From positions 1 to 37,323 of the forward strand of contig SKXC01000009.1 in NCBI GenBank assembly GCA_007128625.1: a stretch of DNA of 37,323 nucleotides, in the 5' to 3' direction. The notes beneath the pieces were generated by a model. That model ran no database searches. It worked only from the letters and a program-made list of their open reading frames with translations, and was not told where the DNA came from. The translations under genes and the position numbers were made by a program. Origin of the DNA: Syntrophomonadaceae bacterium. GTDB lineage: Bacteria > Bacillota > Dethiobacteria > DTU022. Shown here one piece after another: positions 8,678 through 18,906 of the stretch (position 1 is its first letter; the number at the start of each line of letters is the position of its first letter).

Positions 8678-10069
8678 ATGATGCTTAAAGGAAATGAAAT
8701 AATCGAAGCCTGTGGAGGTACTTTGCTGCAGGGTAATCCTGAACAGTTGATCTCAGGTTTTGTCATTGATTCGCGGCAGGTTAAGGCCGGTGAATTATTC
8801 ATTCCTCTTAAAGGTGAGCATACAGATGGGCATCTTTATATTAAAAAAGCCTGTGAAATGGGTGCATCTGGAGCTTTTCATGAGTTGGGTAAAACGCTTG
8901 ATCCGGCCATCCCTCCCGATTTTCTGCTGATCGGGGTTGAAGATTCCCTGGGTGCGCTGCAGCAGCTTGCCGCCTTTCACAGGAGACGCTTTGACCTTCA
9001 TGTAATCGGGATTACCGGGAGCACTGGAAAAACAACCACTAAAGATTTTACTGCCGGGGTTTTAACGGCAAAATATAATGTTTTAAAAACAACAGGCAAC
9101 CTGAACAATGAAATTGGTCTTCCTTTGACTTTATTGGAGCTGGAAGACAAGCACGAGGTTGCAGTGCTGGAGATGGGTATGAGCGCCCGTGGTGAAATTA
9201 AAAACCTGTGCGAGATAGCCGATCCTACGATCGGTATTATTACTAATATCGGTGAAGCTCATATGGAATTGCTTGGTTCGATAGAAGCAATTACCGAAGC
9301 AAAAGGAGAACTCTTAGATTACCTCGGCTCAGGCGGGGTAGCCATATTGAATGGTGAAGATCCCCGCCTCCTTGATTTAGGAAAACGCTTCCCGGGAAAA
9401 GCCTACTACTATGGCTTTAACCAGGGCGATATAAAAGGCTTACAGTTGTCTCAAAAGGGAGAGAAAAGCTTTTTCCGGGGGCGTTTTCCTGATAATACCG
9501 AGGGGTGGTTTGAAACACCTCTTCCGGGACGGGAGTCGGTCAGTAATGCCCTGGCGGCTCTTACCGTTGGCTATATTCTTGAATTGAGTTTGCCGGAGAT
9601 GAAAAAGGGGCTTGAAAAAAGCCAGTCTACGGCCGGACGATTCCAGATTTTACATAATCAACAGGGTATGACCATTATTGATGACACCTACAATGCCAAT
9701 CCCAGTTCTGTTAGAGCAGCCCTGAGGTTGCTGGTGGAGCTGGGAGGTCAAAAAACAGTTGCTGTGCTTGCTGATATGCTTGAACTGGGAGCTATTGCCC
9801 GGGAAGCACATTTATCAGCGGGGCGTTTTGCAGCAGAATGTGGCCTGGGCACTCTGATCACTGTAGGTGAACTGGCCCGTATAATGGCGAAAGGGGCTGA
9901 AAATGCCGGCATGAGAGTATATCCATGTGTGGATCATGACCAGGCATTACAGGTTTTAAAAAAACTGCCCCTTGATAAAAACTGGTCTATTCTGGTTAAG
10001 GGCTCAAGAGGGATGAAAATGGAAATAATCGTTCATGCCCTTACCGGTGAGAAAGGAGCGGGTGGATAA
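8678..10069 (+). CDS. murF: UDP-MurNAc-tripeptide--D-Ala-D-Ala ligase
   Basis: DSRQV, GITGSTGKTTTKD, NLNNEIGLP, EMGMS, DDTYNANP, DMLELG, LVKGSRG. Confidence 0.96.
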   Translation: MMLKGNEIIEACGGTLLQGNPEQLISGFVIDSRQVKAGELFIPLKGEHTDGHLYIKKACEMGASGAFHELGKTLDPAIPPDFLLIGVEDSLGALQQLAAFHRRRFDLHVIGITGSTGKTTTKDFTAGVLTAKYNVLKTTGNLNNEIGLPLTLLELEDKHEVAVLEMGMSARGEIKNLCEIADPTIGIITNIGEAHMELLGSIEAITEAKGELLDYLGSGGVAILNGEDPRLLDLGKRFPGKAYYYGFNQGDIKGLQLSQKGEKSFFRGRFPDNTEGWFETPLPGRESVSNALAALTVGYILELSLPEMKKGLEKSQSTAGRFQILHNQQGMTIIDDTYNANPSSVRAALRLLVELGGQKTVAVLADMLELGAIAREAHLSAGRFAAECGLGTLITVGELARIMAKGAENAGMRVYPCVDHDQALQVLKKLPLDKNWSILVKGSRGMKMEIIVHALTGEKGAGG

Positions 10070-11028
10070 TGGTTGTAAAGATGTTAATGGCAATAATAAT
10101 TGCCTTCCTGACAACCGCTATCCTTTCTTCAGTTTTCATTAAACTGATGCTCCGTTTACAATACGGCCAACAAATTCGGGAAATCGGGCCAGAGCGACAC
10201 CAGGTCAAAGCCGGAACCCCAACCATGGGAGGGATCATTTTTATTCTGACCGCTCTGCTGATCAGCCTGCTGCTGGGTGGTTTTTCTCCCCTGATGTTTG
10301 CTGTAATCCTGGTTACTCTCGGTTGTGGGTTAATCGGTTTTTTTGATGATTACGGGAAGATTTCCCATGGCCGGTCACTGGGATTGAAAGCAAGGTCAAA
10401 GCTGGCTTTAGAAATAGTTCTTACAGCCCTGCTGGTTATACTATTACAGAGTTTTAGTTTATATTCAACTGAAGTATTACTGCCTTTTTTGAACTATACA
10501 ATTGATATCGGGTTCTTATACCCGTTTTTCATTTTCCTGATTATTTCAGCAGCCAGCAACAGTGTTAACTTAACCGATGGTGTGGACGGACTGGCCGCAG
10601 GAACTTCAGTTATAGCACTGGTTGCTTTTATGATTATTGCCTTTCAATCGGGATTAACTGAAATTGTTCTCTTTTGTGCAGCCCTGGCCGGGTCCTGCCT
10701 CGGTTTTTTAATCTATAACTACCACCCGGCCCGTTTGTTCATGGGTGATGTTGGTTCGCTGGCATTAGGTGGAGCTTTAGCTGTTGTAGCCGTTTTGAGC
10801 AAGGCAGAACTATTTCTTATAATCATCGGGGGAGTTTTTGTGCTGGAATCTTTATCGGTCATAATCCAGGTGATCAGTTTTCAATTAACCGGGCGGCGGA
10901 TTTTCCTGATGAGCCCGCTGCATCATCATTTTGAAATGAAAGGTTGGTCTGAAAAAAAAGTTACCACCTCGTTTTTGGGCGCAGCCCTGCTCTTTGCTGT
11001 AATAGGGGTGATAGCATACAATTACTAA
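10069..11028 (+). CDS. mraY: Phospho-MurNAc-pentapeptide transferase
   Basis: KAGTPTMGG, DDY, NLTDGVDGLA, FMGDVGS, PLHHHFE. Confidence 0.97.
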   Translation: MVVKMLMAIIIAFLTTAILSSVFIKLMLRLQYGQQIREIGPERHQVKAGTPTMGGIIFILTALLISLLLGGFSPLMFAVILVTLGCGLIGFFDDYGKISHGRSLGLKARSKLALEIVLTALLVILLQSFSLYSTEVLLPFLNYTIDIGFLYPFFIFLIISAASNSVNLTDGVDGLAAGTSVIALVAFMIIAFQSGLTEIVLFCAALAGSCLGFLIYNYHPARLFMGDVGSLALGGALAVVAVLSKAELFLIIIGGVFVLESLSVIIQVISFQLTGRRIFLMSPLHHHFEMKGWSEKKVTTSFLGAALLFAVIGVIAYNY

Positions 11029-11088
11029 CTTTCACAAATTGTATGCGATCAGTATAAATGATCAGGTTGAAGTCTGGAGTGACTTGTT

Positions 11089-12516
11089 TTGATCGATTTG
11101 ATTAAAGGCAAAAACATCCTGGTGGTTGGCATGGCTCGCAGCGGTATGGCTGCGGTGGCCCTGTTATCCAGGATTGGTGCTGCCAAAATTACTATTGCCG
11201 ATCAAAAACAGCCACAAGAACTCACTGCTGAATTAGCCGGGTTGGATCGTTATTCTTCTTTAGAGGTGAAAACCGGTGGAACTCCTCCTGACCTGGTAAC
11301 CCCCGACCTGTCTGTTATCGTAAAGAGTCCCGGTGTTCCGCCTGACCTGGACCTCTTTATACGGGCCGGATCACTTGATATACCGGTGTTATCAGAAGTT
11401 GAACTGGCCTATGCTTTTATAAAAGCCCCGATGATCGGTGTAACCGGGACTAACGGGAAGACGACCACCACTGCTTTGATTACTGCGATGCTGAAAGAAG
11501 CCCGGTTTGATCCGGTTGTTTCGGCCGGGAATATCGGGAATCCGTTATGCGGGGTTGTGGACAGCATAAACTCCCAGGGTTTCATTGTAGCAGAACTAAG
11601 CAGTTTTCAGCTGGAAAATATAAACTGTCTTCGTCCGCTTGTAGCAGTATTTCTTAACTTTGCCGAAGATCATCTGGACTATCACGGGACCCTTGAACGA
11701 TATTTTGCGGCAAAAGCCCGGATCTTTGAAAATCAACTTGCCGGTGATTATGTTGTGCTTAATGCCGGAGATAGAAAAGTTTCATCGCTGGCAAAAAATT
11801 GCATGGGTCAGATTCTTTGGTTCGACAGGGCACCGGTGAGGGCAGGAGTCGGTTTAAAAGAAGATTATATAACCCTTTTTAATCCGGGATGCAAACCCTG
11901 TGAAATTTGTCCCGCTGCCGAAATGGCTTTGCCGGGAGAACATAATTTGGAAAATGCACTTGCTGCATCTGCGGCAGCCTGGGCCGCCGGAGCTGATCCG
12001 CAGGCAATCGGTAATGTCCTGCGCAGCTTCAAAGCGATAGAACATCGCCTCGAATATGTTGCCACCCTGGCCGGTGTTGATTTTATCAATGATTCGAAGG
12101 GAACCAATCCCGGTGCATCAATAAAAGCATTAAAGTCTTTTCCCGGACGTAAGAAGATCCTGATTGCCGGGGGAAAAGACAGGGGCAGCAATTTTGAAGA
12201 ACTGGCAAATATGATCCGGCATGAAGTCAGCTACCTGTTCTTGTTTGGGGAATCAAAAGATAAGCTGGCCCTTTCTGTTGAAAAAACAGGGTTTTCTAAT
12301 TACCGGCAGGTAGAAGGCCTGGAAGAAGCGGTTCGCGGTGCCCGTAGTAAAGCCCGGGCCGGGGATATAATCCTTCTTTCACCGGCCTGTGCCAGCTGGG
12401 ATATGTTTACTGATTATGAAGCCCGGGGTAACCTTTTTAAAAAAATTGTTATTGGTTTAAAAGCGGAAGAGGAATTGAAGCAAAGAGTGGAGGGGGCAAA
12501 TAGCAATGACCGGTAA
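11089..12516 (+). CDS. murD: UDP-MurNAc-L-Ala--D-glutamate ligase
   Basis: GMARSG, VTGTNGKTTT, ELSSFQL, DHLDYH, NDSKGTN, LSPACASWD. Confidence 0.97.
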   Translation: MIDLIKGKNILVVGMARSGMAAVALLSRIGAAKITIADQKQPQELTAELAGLDRYSSLEVKTGGTPPDLVTPDLSVIVKSPGVPPDLDLFIRAGSLDIPVLSEVELAYAFIKAPMIGVTGTNGKTTTTALITAMLKEARFDPVVSAGNIGNPLCGVVDSINSQGFIVAELSSFQLENINCLRPLVAVFLNFAEDHLDYHGTLERYFAAKARIFENQLAGDYVVLNAGDRKVSSLAKNCMGQILWFDRAPVRAGVGLKEDYITLFNPGCKPCEICPAAEMALPGEHNLENALAASAAAWAAGADPQAIGNVLRSFKAIEHRLEYVATLAGVDFINDSKGTNPGASIKALKSFPGRKKILIAGGKDRGSNFEELANMIRHEVSYLFLFGESKDKLALSVEKTGFSNYRQVEGLEEAVRGARSKARAGDIILLSPACASWDMFTDYEARGNLFKKIVIGLKAEEELKQRVEGANSNDR

Positions 12517-13639
12517 AAAAACAGCCCACACCTATGATCGCACCCTGCTGTTTGTTACAATTCTGCTGTTGGGTATCGGACTGCTCATGGTTTTTAGCGC
12601 CAGTTTTGTCGCTGCTGCAGAAAACAGGGGCGACCCTTATTTCTACCTTAAACGACAGGCGTTATGGGTGTCTATTGGCTTGGTCGGTATGTTTATACTA
12701 TCACGTATCCATTATAAAAACCTGAAACGATTTTCGATAATCATTCTAATGCTTAATTTTGTCCTGCTGGGATTAGTATTTAGCAGCCTGGGTTCTGATT
12801 TGAGCACTGAAGCCAGGCGCTGGCTGGCAATCGGGCCCGTTGTTGTCCAGCCTTCTGAATTTAGCAAGCTGGCCTTAATAATCTTTACGGCAGCTTATAT
12901 GAGCAGCCGCAGGCTAAACCTTTATAATTTTTGGAGCGGCAGCCTGGTTCCCCTTGCTTTAATCAGCTGTGCTTTTTTCATGATTCAGTTTCAACCTGAT
13001 ATGGGTACGGCCCTGGTGGCCCTGATTGGCAGTGCGCTGGTGATTATTTATGCCGGCATGCCTTTATACCAGGTAGCCGGTCTGGCCCTGTTTTTTCTGC
13101 CGCCGATTGCCTATTTTATTGTAAAAGAAGAATATCGTATGCAGCGGTTGTTTAGCTATTTCGATCCCTGGGCAGATCCAACCGATTCAGGTTACCAGGT
13201 AATCCAATCACTTTATGCCCTGGGACCCGGCCACATCTTTGGAGCCGGTCTGGGCAGCGGCAGGCAAAAGCTGTTTTACCTGCCTGAACCGCAAAATGAT
13301 TTCATCTTTGCCGTTATCGGTGAAGAACTGGGCTTCATCGGAGCTGTAGCGGTGCTGATGCTTTATATGGTCCTGGTCTGGCGCGGTTTCCAGATTGCCC
13401 TCAGGGCGCCTGAACTGTTTGGCAGTTTACTGGCAGCGGGGATTACTTTTATGATCGCCGTCCAGATGTTGATTAATGTGGCCGTAGTTACCGGTTCACT
13501 GCCGGTAACCGGGATTAACCTGCCCCTGATCAGCTCAGGTGGCAGCTCAGTATTTTTTACCCTGGTCGGGATTGGCATCTTGCTTAATATTTCGAAATAC
13601 AGACGGGATACAACAAGCCACAGGGAGGCAGTAAAGTGA
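12506..13639 (+). CDS. ftsW: SEDS peptidoglycan polymerase FtsW/SpoVE
   Basis: MVFSAS, QPSEFSK, QPDMGT, GYQVIQS, LPEPQNDFIF, LPLISSGGSS. Confidence 0.94.
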   Translation: MTGKKTAHTYDRTLLFVTILLLGIGLLMVFSASFVAAAENRGDPYFYLKRQALWVSIGLVGMFILSRIHYKNLKRFSIIILMLNFVLLGLVFSSLGSDLSTEARRWLAIGPVVVQPSEFSKLALIIFTAAYMSSRRLNLYNFWSGSLVPLALISCAFFMIQFQPDMGTALVALIGSALVIIYAGMPLYQVAGLALFFLPPIAYFIVKEEYRMQRLFSYFDPWADPTDSGYQVIQSLYALGPGHIFGAGLGSGRQKLFYLPEPQNDFIFAVIGEELGFIGAVAVLMLYMVLVWRGFQIALRAPELFGSLLAAGITFMIAVQMLINVAVVTGSLPVTGINLPLISSGGSSVFFTLVGIGILLNISKYRRDTTSHREAVK

Positions 13640-14727
13640 TGAAAATTATGATCGGGGGAGGAGGAACCGGCGGACACATCTATCCTGCCCTGGCTTTAGC
13701 CCGGCATGCCCTGTCTGAAGACGGCACAAACGATATTCTTTTTGTCGGCAGTGCAGCCGGTCTTGAAAGTAAAATTGTTCCTGCTTCCGGTTTCACCCTG
13801 GTCACTATACCGGCCCGTGGATTTCAACGCAGTTTTAAACAGCTTTTTTTAACATTAAAAGATTTCATAAACGGTTTGAGGAGCTCATTTAAAGTGCTTA
13901 AAGACTATCAACCTGATGTGGTGCTTGGTACAGGCGGATATGTAGCTGCTCCCCTGGTGTTATCGGCATTGCTAAAAAAAATACCGGTAGTTCTTCATGA
14001 GCAAAATGCTCTGCCGGGATTGGTCAACCGCTGGTTTGCCCCTTTTGTCAAGAAGGTTTGCCTCTCCTTTGGGGAGACCGGTAAAAAGTTGCCGCCTTTC
14101 AGCAAAGCAGTTACTACCGGCAACCCCAGGGCCAGTGAAGTCAGTGAGATCGGCAGACTGGAAGGCTGCCGGTACTTTAGCCTTGATCCCGGCGAAAAAA
14201 ATATTTTGATTTACGGGGGAAGCCGGGGTGCGCTGAAATTAAACCAGGTAATCATTGCTTACCTGAAGGAAAACTTTCTTCCCGAAGGAGTAAATCTAAT
14301 CTATGTGACCGGGGATATATACTACCAGCAGGTTTTTACAGAGCTCGAACAGCAGCTGAACCGGGTTAAACTTTTTTCCTATCTTACAGAAATGCCCGAA
14401 GCAATGGCTGCTGCCGATCTGGCTGTAACCCGCAGTGGAGCAACAACCCTTGCCGAGCTAACCGCACTGGGTGTTCCGGCTTTGCTGATTCCTTCTCCCA
14501 ACGTGGTCAATAATCACCAGTACTACAATGCCCGGATTTTGTCTGATGCCGGTGCGGCAGTTTTAATTGAAGAGAAAGATTTTGATCACTTCCGGCTGCA
14601 AACAGAAATAAACAGGCTGATTACAGAACCGGCACTGCTTGAACAAATGAGCCGGCGCAGTAAGCAAATGGGCATGACTGATGCTGCTGAAAAATTATAT
14701 CGATGTCTGCAGGAGGTAGCTTTATGA
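13636..14727 (+). CDS. murG: Lipid II GlcNAc transferase MurG
   Basis: GGGTGGHIYP, GTGGYV, HEQN, GGSRGA, RSGATT. Confidence 0.97.
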   Translation: MMKIMIGGGGTGGHIYPALALARHALSEDGTNDILFVGSAAGLESKIVPASGFTLVTIPARGFQRSFKQLFLTLKDFINGLRSSFKVLKDYQPDVVLGTGGYVAAPLVLSALLKKIPVVLHEQNALPGLVNRWFAPFVKKVCLSFGETGKKLPPFSKAVTTGNPRASEVSEIGRLEGCRYFSLDPGEKNILIYGGSRGALKLNQVIIAYLKENFLPEGVNLIYVTGDIYYQQVFTELEQQLNRVKLFSYLTEMPEAMAAADLAVTRSGATTLAELTALGVPALLIPSPNVVNNHQYYNARILSDAGAAVLIEEKDFDHFRLQTEINRLITEPALLEQMSRRSKQMGMTDAAEKLYRCLQEVAL

Positions 14728-15620
14728 AAGTCGAGCAGGAGCTGGGCCCGAAATTAAAATATGGCATCAAAAAAAATGAGCCAATGGCTGATCATACCTC
14801 CTGGCTTGTCGGCGGGCCGGCAGATTATTTTCTTTACCCGACCGACTTAAATGAGCTTTTAGAAATAGTCACTTATAGTGAAAAATACCAGCTGCCGCTT
14901 TTTATCCTCGGCAATGGGACAAACCTGCTGGTTTTGGATGGCGGGATAAGGGGGTTGGTGGTCAATATCGGTGCTCCATTCAGCCATATAGAGCAAGATT
15001 GCAGCCGTTTAAAAGCAGGCGCCGGCCTGTCAATGGCCGCCCTGGCAAAAAGCGCGGCCTCCGCCGGTTTAAGCGGCCTGGAGTTTGCTATCGGTATTCC
15101 CGGTTCTCTGGGAGGAGCCCTGGTTATGAATGCCGGCGCATTTGGAGGTTATATCGGGGAAAAAGTGCAGTCGGTAAAACTGGTTGACTTTAACAGTCGG
15201 GTTGTGAATATGTCTCGTGCTGAAATATCTTTCGGTTATAGAACCAGCAGCCTGGCCGGAAAAGGAATTATTACTGAAGTGATTTTAGAACTTGAAGAAG
15301 GCAGCCCGGATCAGATCTATAACACCATGGAGCATTGTTCAGCCGAACGTCGTCGCCGTCATCCTGTAAAACCCAGTGCGGGTAGTGTGTTTCGGAATTT
15401 GCCCGATCAGCCTGCCGGAAGGATTATCGAAAATGCCGGAGCCAAGGGTATGAGGATCGGCGGGGCAGAAGTTTCTGAACATCATGCTAACTTTATCATC
15501 AATACCGGTAATGCCACTGCAGCCGATATTTTAAATCTAATTAAAGCGGTGCAGGATAAGGTTAAGAGTAAATATGGCATAGAGCTTCAACCAGAGATTA
15601 GAATTATTGGTGAGGAGTAA
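14724..15620 (+). CDS. murB: UDP-N-acetylenolpyruvoylglucosamine reductase
   Basis: GGPADY, LGNGTNLL, GIPGSLGGALVMNAGA, SAGSVFRN, HANFIIN; ATG 14724 overlaps the murG TGA and follows AGGAGG. Confidence 0.96.
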   Translation: MKVEQELGPKLKYGIKKNEPMADHTSWLVGGPADYFLYPTDLNELLEIVTYSEKYQLPLFILGNGTNLLVLDGGIRGLVVNIGAPFSHIEQDCSRLKAGAGLSMAALAKSAASAGLSGLEFAIGIPGSLGGALVMNAGAFGGYIGEKVQSVKLVDFNSRVVNMSRAEISFGYRTSSLAGKGIITEVILELEEGSPDQIYNTMEHCSAERRRRHPVKPSAGSVFRNLPDQPAGRIIENAGAKGMRIGGAEVSEHHANFIINTGNATAADILNLIKAVQDKVKSKYGIELQPEIRIIGEE

Positions 15621-15626
15621 TAACCA

Positions 15627-16421
15627 ATGCAGCGGAAAAAAGATCACCTCAAGCTGGTTAAAAAAAAGAAAGAGGGCCCGGTCTGGAAAAAGATTACTCG
15701 TTTTTTATTGCGGTTGGCCTTAATTTTGGGCTTCCTGTTTTTAATCTACCAGGTAGAACCATTTTTCCGGATCAGCGAAGTTAAGGTCCAGGGGGCAGAG
15801 GAAGTGGAAAAGGACGATATTATAAATGCTGCTGAGATCAATAGAGGGATGAGTATTATATTTTTCCGGGATAAGCATATAATTGCCCGGATTCAAGAAC
15901 AGTTACCGCGGGTAAAGCAAGTTGAGATTAACCGCAATCTGCCTGATACGGTAGTGATAAAAATTGATGAAAGAAAACCTGCTGCTTATGTAATGGCAGA
16001 TAATTGTTTTTGGCCAATCGATGTTCAAGCTGTCTGTTTAGGCTGCAGTGATCAACCTGCCGAACATTTGCCCCTGGTGGTTGGCATAGAAGGCGAAATG
16101 TTTGTTCCCGGATTTCCCATTGACTGCCGGGATAGAAGAGAAAGCCTCAAGAGCCTATTTTTATACCTGTCCGGTGAAGATGCCCTGGACATTAAAAAAA
16201 TTGAAATGGCTGAAAGTTATAACCTGGTTGTATATACAGTGGACGGCCTGGAGATATGGCTTGGTAAAGGAGAAGATCTGGATTACAAGCTGGACCTTAT
16301 CAAAAAAAGTATTCCATTCATTGACCCGACCGCAGAGGCCAGGCTTGATGTCAGGTGCGGAAAACGCGTAGTTGTCTCCGGGAGCGCGGTTAGTCCCAAG
16401 CAAGAGGGGGTGGATCCGTAA
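15627..16421 (+). CDS. ftsQ: Cell division protein FtsQ/DivIB
   Basis: Basic N-terminus, one TM, POTRA-like region (FRISEVKVQG...RNLPDTVVIKIDER); position before ftsA. Confidence 0.88.
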   Translation: MQRKKDHLKLVKKKKEGPVWKKITRFLLRLALILGFLFLIYQVEPFFRISEVKVQGAEEVEKDDIINAAEINRGMSIIFFRDKHIIARIQEQLPRVKQVEINRNLPDTVVIKIDERKPAAYVMADNCFWPIDVQAVCLGCSDQPAEHLPLVVGIEGEMFVPGFPIDCRDRRESLKSLFLYLSGEDALDIKKIEMAESYNLVVYTVDGLEIWLGKGEDLDYKLDLIKKSIPFIDPTAEARLDVRCGKRVVVSGSAVSPKQEGVDP

Positions 16422-16426
16422 AATAA

Positions 16427-16453
16427 AAAGGAAATAGTTGAAATGTGTTGAAT
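16427..16453 (+). promoter_or_regulatory. Sigma-H-type promoter upstream of ftsA
   Basis: AAAGGAAAT, 11 bp, GTTGAAT matches RNAGGAWWW-N11/12-RNNGAAT; B. subtilis ftsAZ has a sigma-H promoter. Confidence 0.7.
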
Positions 16454-16501
16454 TATTTAGTAGTTATTGCACCATACTGGGAATGGTAAGGGGGTTTACA
16501 G

Positions 16502-17734
16502 GTGAATCGAAAAAGCTTTCTGGTCGGTATTGATGTAGGAACAGCTGAGGTAAGGGTTGCGCTAGGAGAACCCCGTCCCGATGGTACTATCAACATTATC
16601 GGTTTGGGCCTGAGCCCCTCTGATGGTGTTCGAAAAGGAGTTATTGTTGATCTGGAGAAAACGGTTGAGTCAATTTTCACAGCAGTTGAAGAGGCTGAAA
16701 GAATGGCCGGGATTAAAATTGATTCTGCGTATATTGCCTTAAAAGGTTTAAACATCGAGCTAATCAATAATCGGGGTGTTGTAGCGGTTACAGCTGAAGA
16801 CCGGGAAATACACGAAGAAGACCTGGAAAGAGTCATGCAGGCCTCCAGGGTAGTTGCTCTGCCCATGGATCGTGAAATTGTTGATATTATCCCCCGTGAA
16901 TTCATTGTTGACGGTTTTGATGGGATTAAAGATCCTGTGGGAATGCTGGGAGTCAGGCTGGAAGTAGATGCCCAGATTGTAACCAGCTTGATCACATCTT
17001 TGCATAACCTTCTGCGATGTGTTAACCGGGCTGGAGTAAACATTGATGGACTGGTTCTACAGGCAATGGCCAACTCTGAAGTATCCCTTTCTTCTGATGA
17101 AAAAGATCTCGGTGTGTTTCTGATTGATATCGGGAGCGGCACAACCGAAATAGCTTTATTCCAGTATGGTAAGCTCCAGCAATTGAAGGTATTCCCGATT
17201 GGCGGTGATCATATCACCACTGATTTGGCTGCCGGTTTGAGAATTAACCATTACAAGGCAGAAGAGTTGAAAAAAGAACATGGAACAGCCCTGCTTTCTA
17301 TGGCCGAAAGCGAACCAAAAATAGAAATTAAAACTGTAGGCAGCCATGAGCTCAGGCTGGTATCGGAAAGAGAGCTCAGCAGTTATATCGAGCCGAGGGT
17401 AGAGGAAATTTTTCAGATTACAAGGGAAGAAATGGCTAAGATGGGCTGCCCGTACCTGCCGCCGGCAGGCGCGGTTTTGCGCGGGGGCGTGTCGAGGATG
17501 AAGGGGATAGTAGAGGTTGCCCGTCACACTTTTGAAAGTGACCAGGTCAGGACAGCTGAGTTTGATGTAGTCGGAATAAAGAACCCGACTTACTCGACAG
17601 TTGTTGGACTGCTCTATTATGTGCAGCGCCATCAGCCCCGAATGCATATCCAGGAGCAGAGTAAGAAGGTGAAAAAAGGCGGTCCCAGTCTGTGGCAGCG
17701 TATTAAAGACTGGTTGACGGATATAGTTGACTAA
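16502..17734 (+). CDS. ftsA: Cell division protein FtsA
   Basis: GIDVGT, GVRKGVIVD, EEAERMAG, GVRLEV, IDIGSGTT, C-terminal amphipathic helix WQRIKDWL. Confidence 0.97.
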   Translation: MNRKSFLVGIDVGTAEVRVALGEPRPDGTINIIGLGLSPSDGVRKGVIVDLEKTVESIFTAVEEAERMAGIKIDSAYIALKGLNIELINNRGVVAVTAEDREIHEEDLERVMQASRVVALPMDREIVDIIPREFIVDGFDGIKDPVGMLGVRLEVDAQIVTSLITSLHNLLRCVNRAGVNIDGLVLQAMANSEVSLSSDEKDLGVFLIDIGSGTTEIALFQYGKLQQLKVFPIGGDHITTDLAAGLRINHYKAEELKKEHGTALLSMAESEPKIEIKTVGSHELRLVSERELSSYIEPRVEEIFQITREEMAKMGCPYLPPAGAVLRGGVSRMKGIVEVARHTFESDQVRTAEFDVVGIKNPTYSTVVGLLYYVQRHQPRMHIQEQSKKVKKGGPSLWQRIKDWLTDIVD

Positions 17735-17767
17735 AAGAGCATACCACTTTTTAGGAGGTGCTTTAGT

Positions 17768-18856
17768 ATGATTGAGTTTGATATTGAAATGGAAAAATTT
17801 GCTTCGATCAAGGTAGTAGGAATTGGTGGGGGAGGTAGTAATGCTGTCAACCGGATGATTGCCGCCGGATTGCAGGGAGTTGATTTCTGTGCGGTAAATA
17901 CCGATGCCCAGGCGCTTTATCTGGCTAATGCCGGAACCAAGCTGCAAATTGGTGAGCAGTTGACCAAGGGATTGGGAGCCGGAGCCAACCCTGAAATAGG
18001 TCAAAAAGCTGCCGAGGAGAGCTCTGATGAAATAGAATCCATGCTCAAAGGAGCAGATATGGTTTTTATCACTGCCGGTATGGGTGGTGGCACCGGAACA
18101 GGTGCCGCACCGGTTATTGCAGAAATAGCGCAAAAATTGGGTCCCCTGACAGTAGGAGTGGTAACCAAGCCGTTCACATTTGAGGGGAAAAAGCGTAAGC
18201 AGCAGGCAGAAGAAGGCATCAACCACCTGAAGAATAAAGTTGACACCCTGATTACCATCCCCAACGACCGTTTGCTGCAGGTAGTTGAAAAGAAAACGCC
18301 GATCCTGGAGGCTTTCAGGGTTGCTGACGATGTTCTCAGGCAGGGAGTTCAGGGTATATCGGACCTGATAGCTGTTCCCGGTTTGATCAACCTTGATTTT
18401 GCCGATGTGCGAACAATAATGTCTGAAACAGGGCCCGCCCTGATGGGGGTTGGTTTGGGCAGCGGCGACAATCGCACCGTGGAGGCAGCCAGGGCAGCTA
18501 CCAACAGTCCCCTGCTGGAAACTTCTATTGAAGGAGCCAAAGGAGTGTTGATCAACGTCACCGGAGGCACTGATCTTGGCCTTTATGAAGTTAATGAAGC
18601 AGCCGAAATTGTGGCCGGTCATGCCGATCCTGATGCGAATATCATCTTCGGAGCAGTAATTGATGAAAACTACCAGGATAAAGTGCAGGTTACTGTGATT
18701 GCTACCGGATTCCACATGCATCAGCAGCAACAGCAGCAGGGCTTCAGGCCTACCCTGGCTGCTGTAGGGAAAAGTGCTTATGCCCGTGGAGAAAACCTTG
18801 ATGCTCCGGCCTGGTCCCGCTGGCAGCAGCAAAAGGAGAGGATTGTCAACGAGTAG
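17768..18856 (+). CDS. ftsZ: Cell division protein FtsZ
   Basis: [27 protein letters not shown] tubulin signature, [16 protein letters not shown]. Confidence 0.99.
   Translation: MIEFDIEMEKFASIKVVGIGGGGSNAVNRMIAAGLQGVDFCAVNTDAQALYLANAGTKLQIGEQLTKGLGAGANPEIGQKAAEESSDEIESMLKGADMVFITAGMGGGTGTGAAPVIAEIAQKLGPLTVGVVTKPFTFEGKKRKQQAEEGINHLKNKVDTLITIPNDRLLQVVEKKTPILEAFRVADDVLRQGVQGISDLIAVPGLINLDFADVRTIMSETGPALMGVGLGSGDNRTVEAARAATNSPLLETSIEGAKGVLINVTGGTDLGLYEVNEAAEIVAGHADPDANIIFGAVIDENYQDKVQVTVIATGFHMHQQQQQQGFRPTLAAVGKSAYARGENLDAPAWSRWQQQKERIVNE
18722..18739 (+). repeat. (CAR)6 triplet repeat encoding poly-Gln in the FtsZ linker
   Basis: CAG CAG CAA CAG CAG CAG. Confidence 0.9.
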
Positions 18857-18906
18857 AAATTAGTATAACATATATAAATGATACTAATTAAAGTATGGTT
18901 ATTAAT

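Noticed and set aside
16453-17142. 229-aa antisense ORF and the other short overlapping ORFs in the track
   Set aside because: All lie within well-supported genes in other frames and show no independent coding signal
17156-18832. 558-aa antisense ORF over ftsA/ftsZ
   Set aside because: Shadow frame of conserved genes; no recognisable motifs
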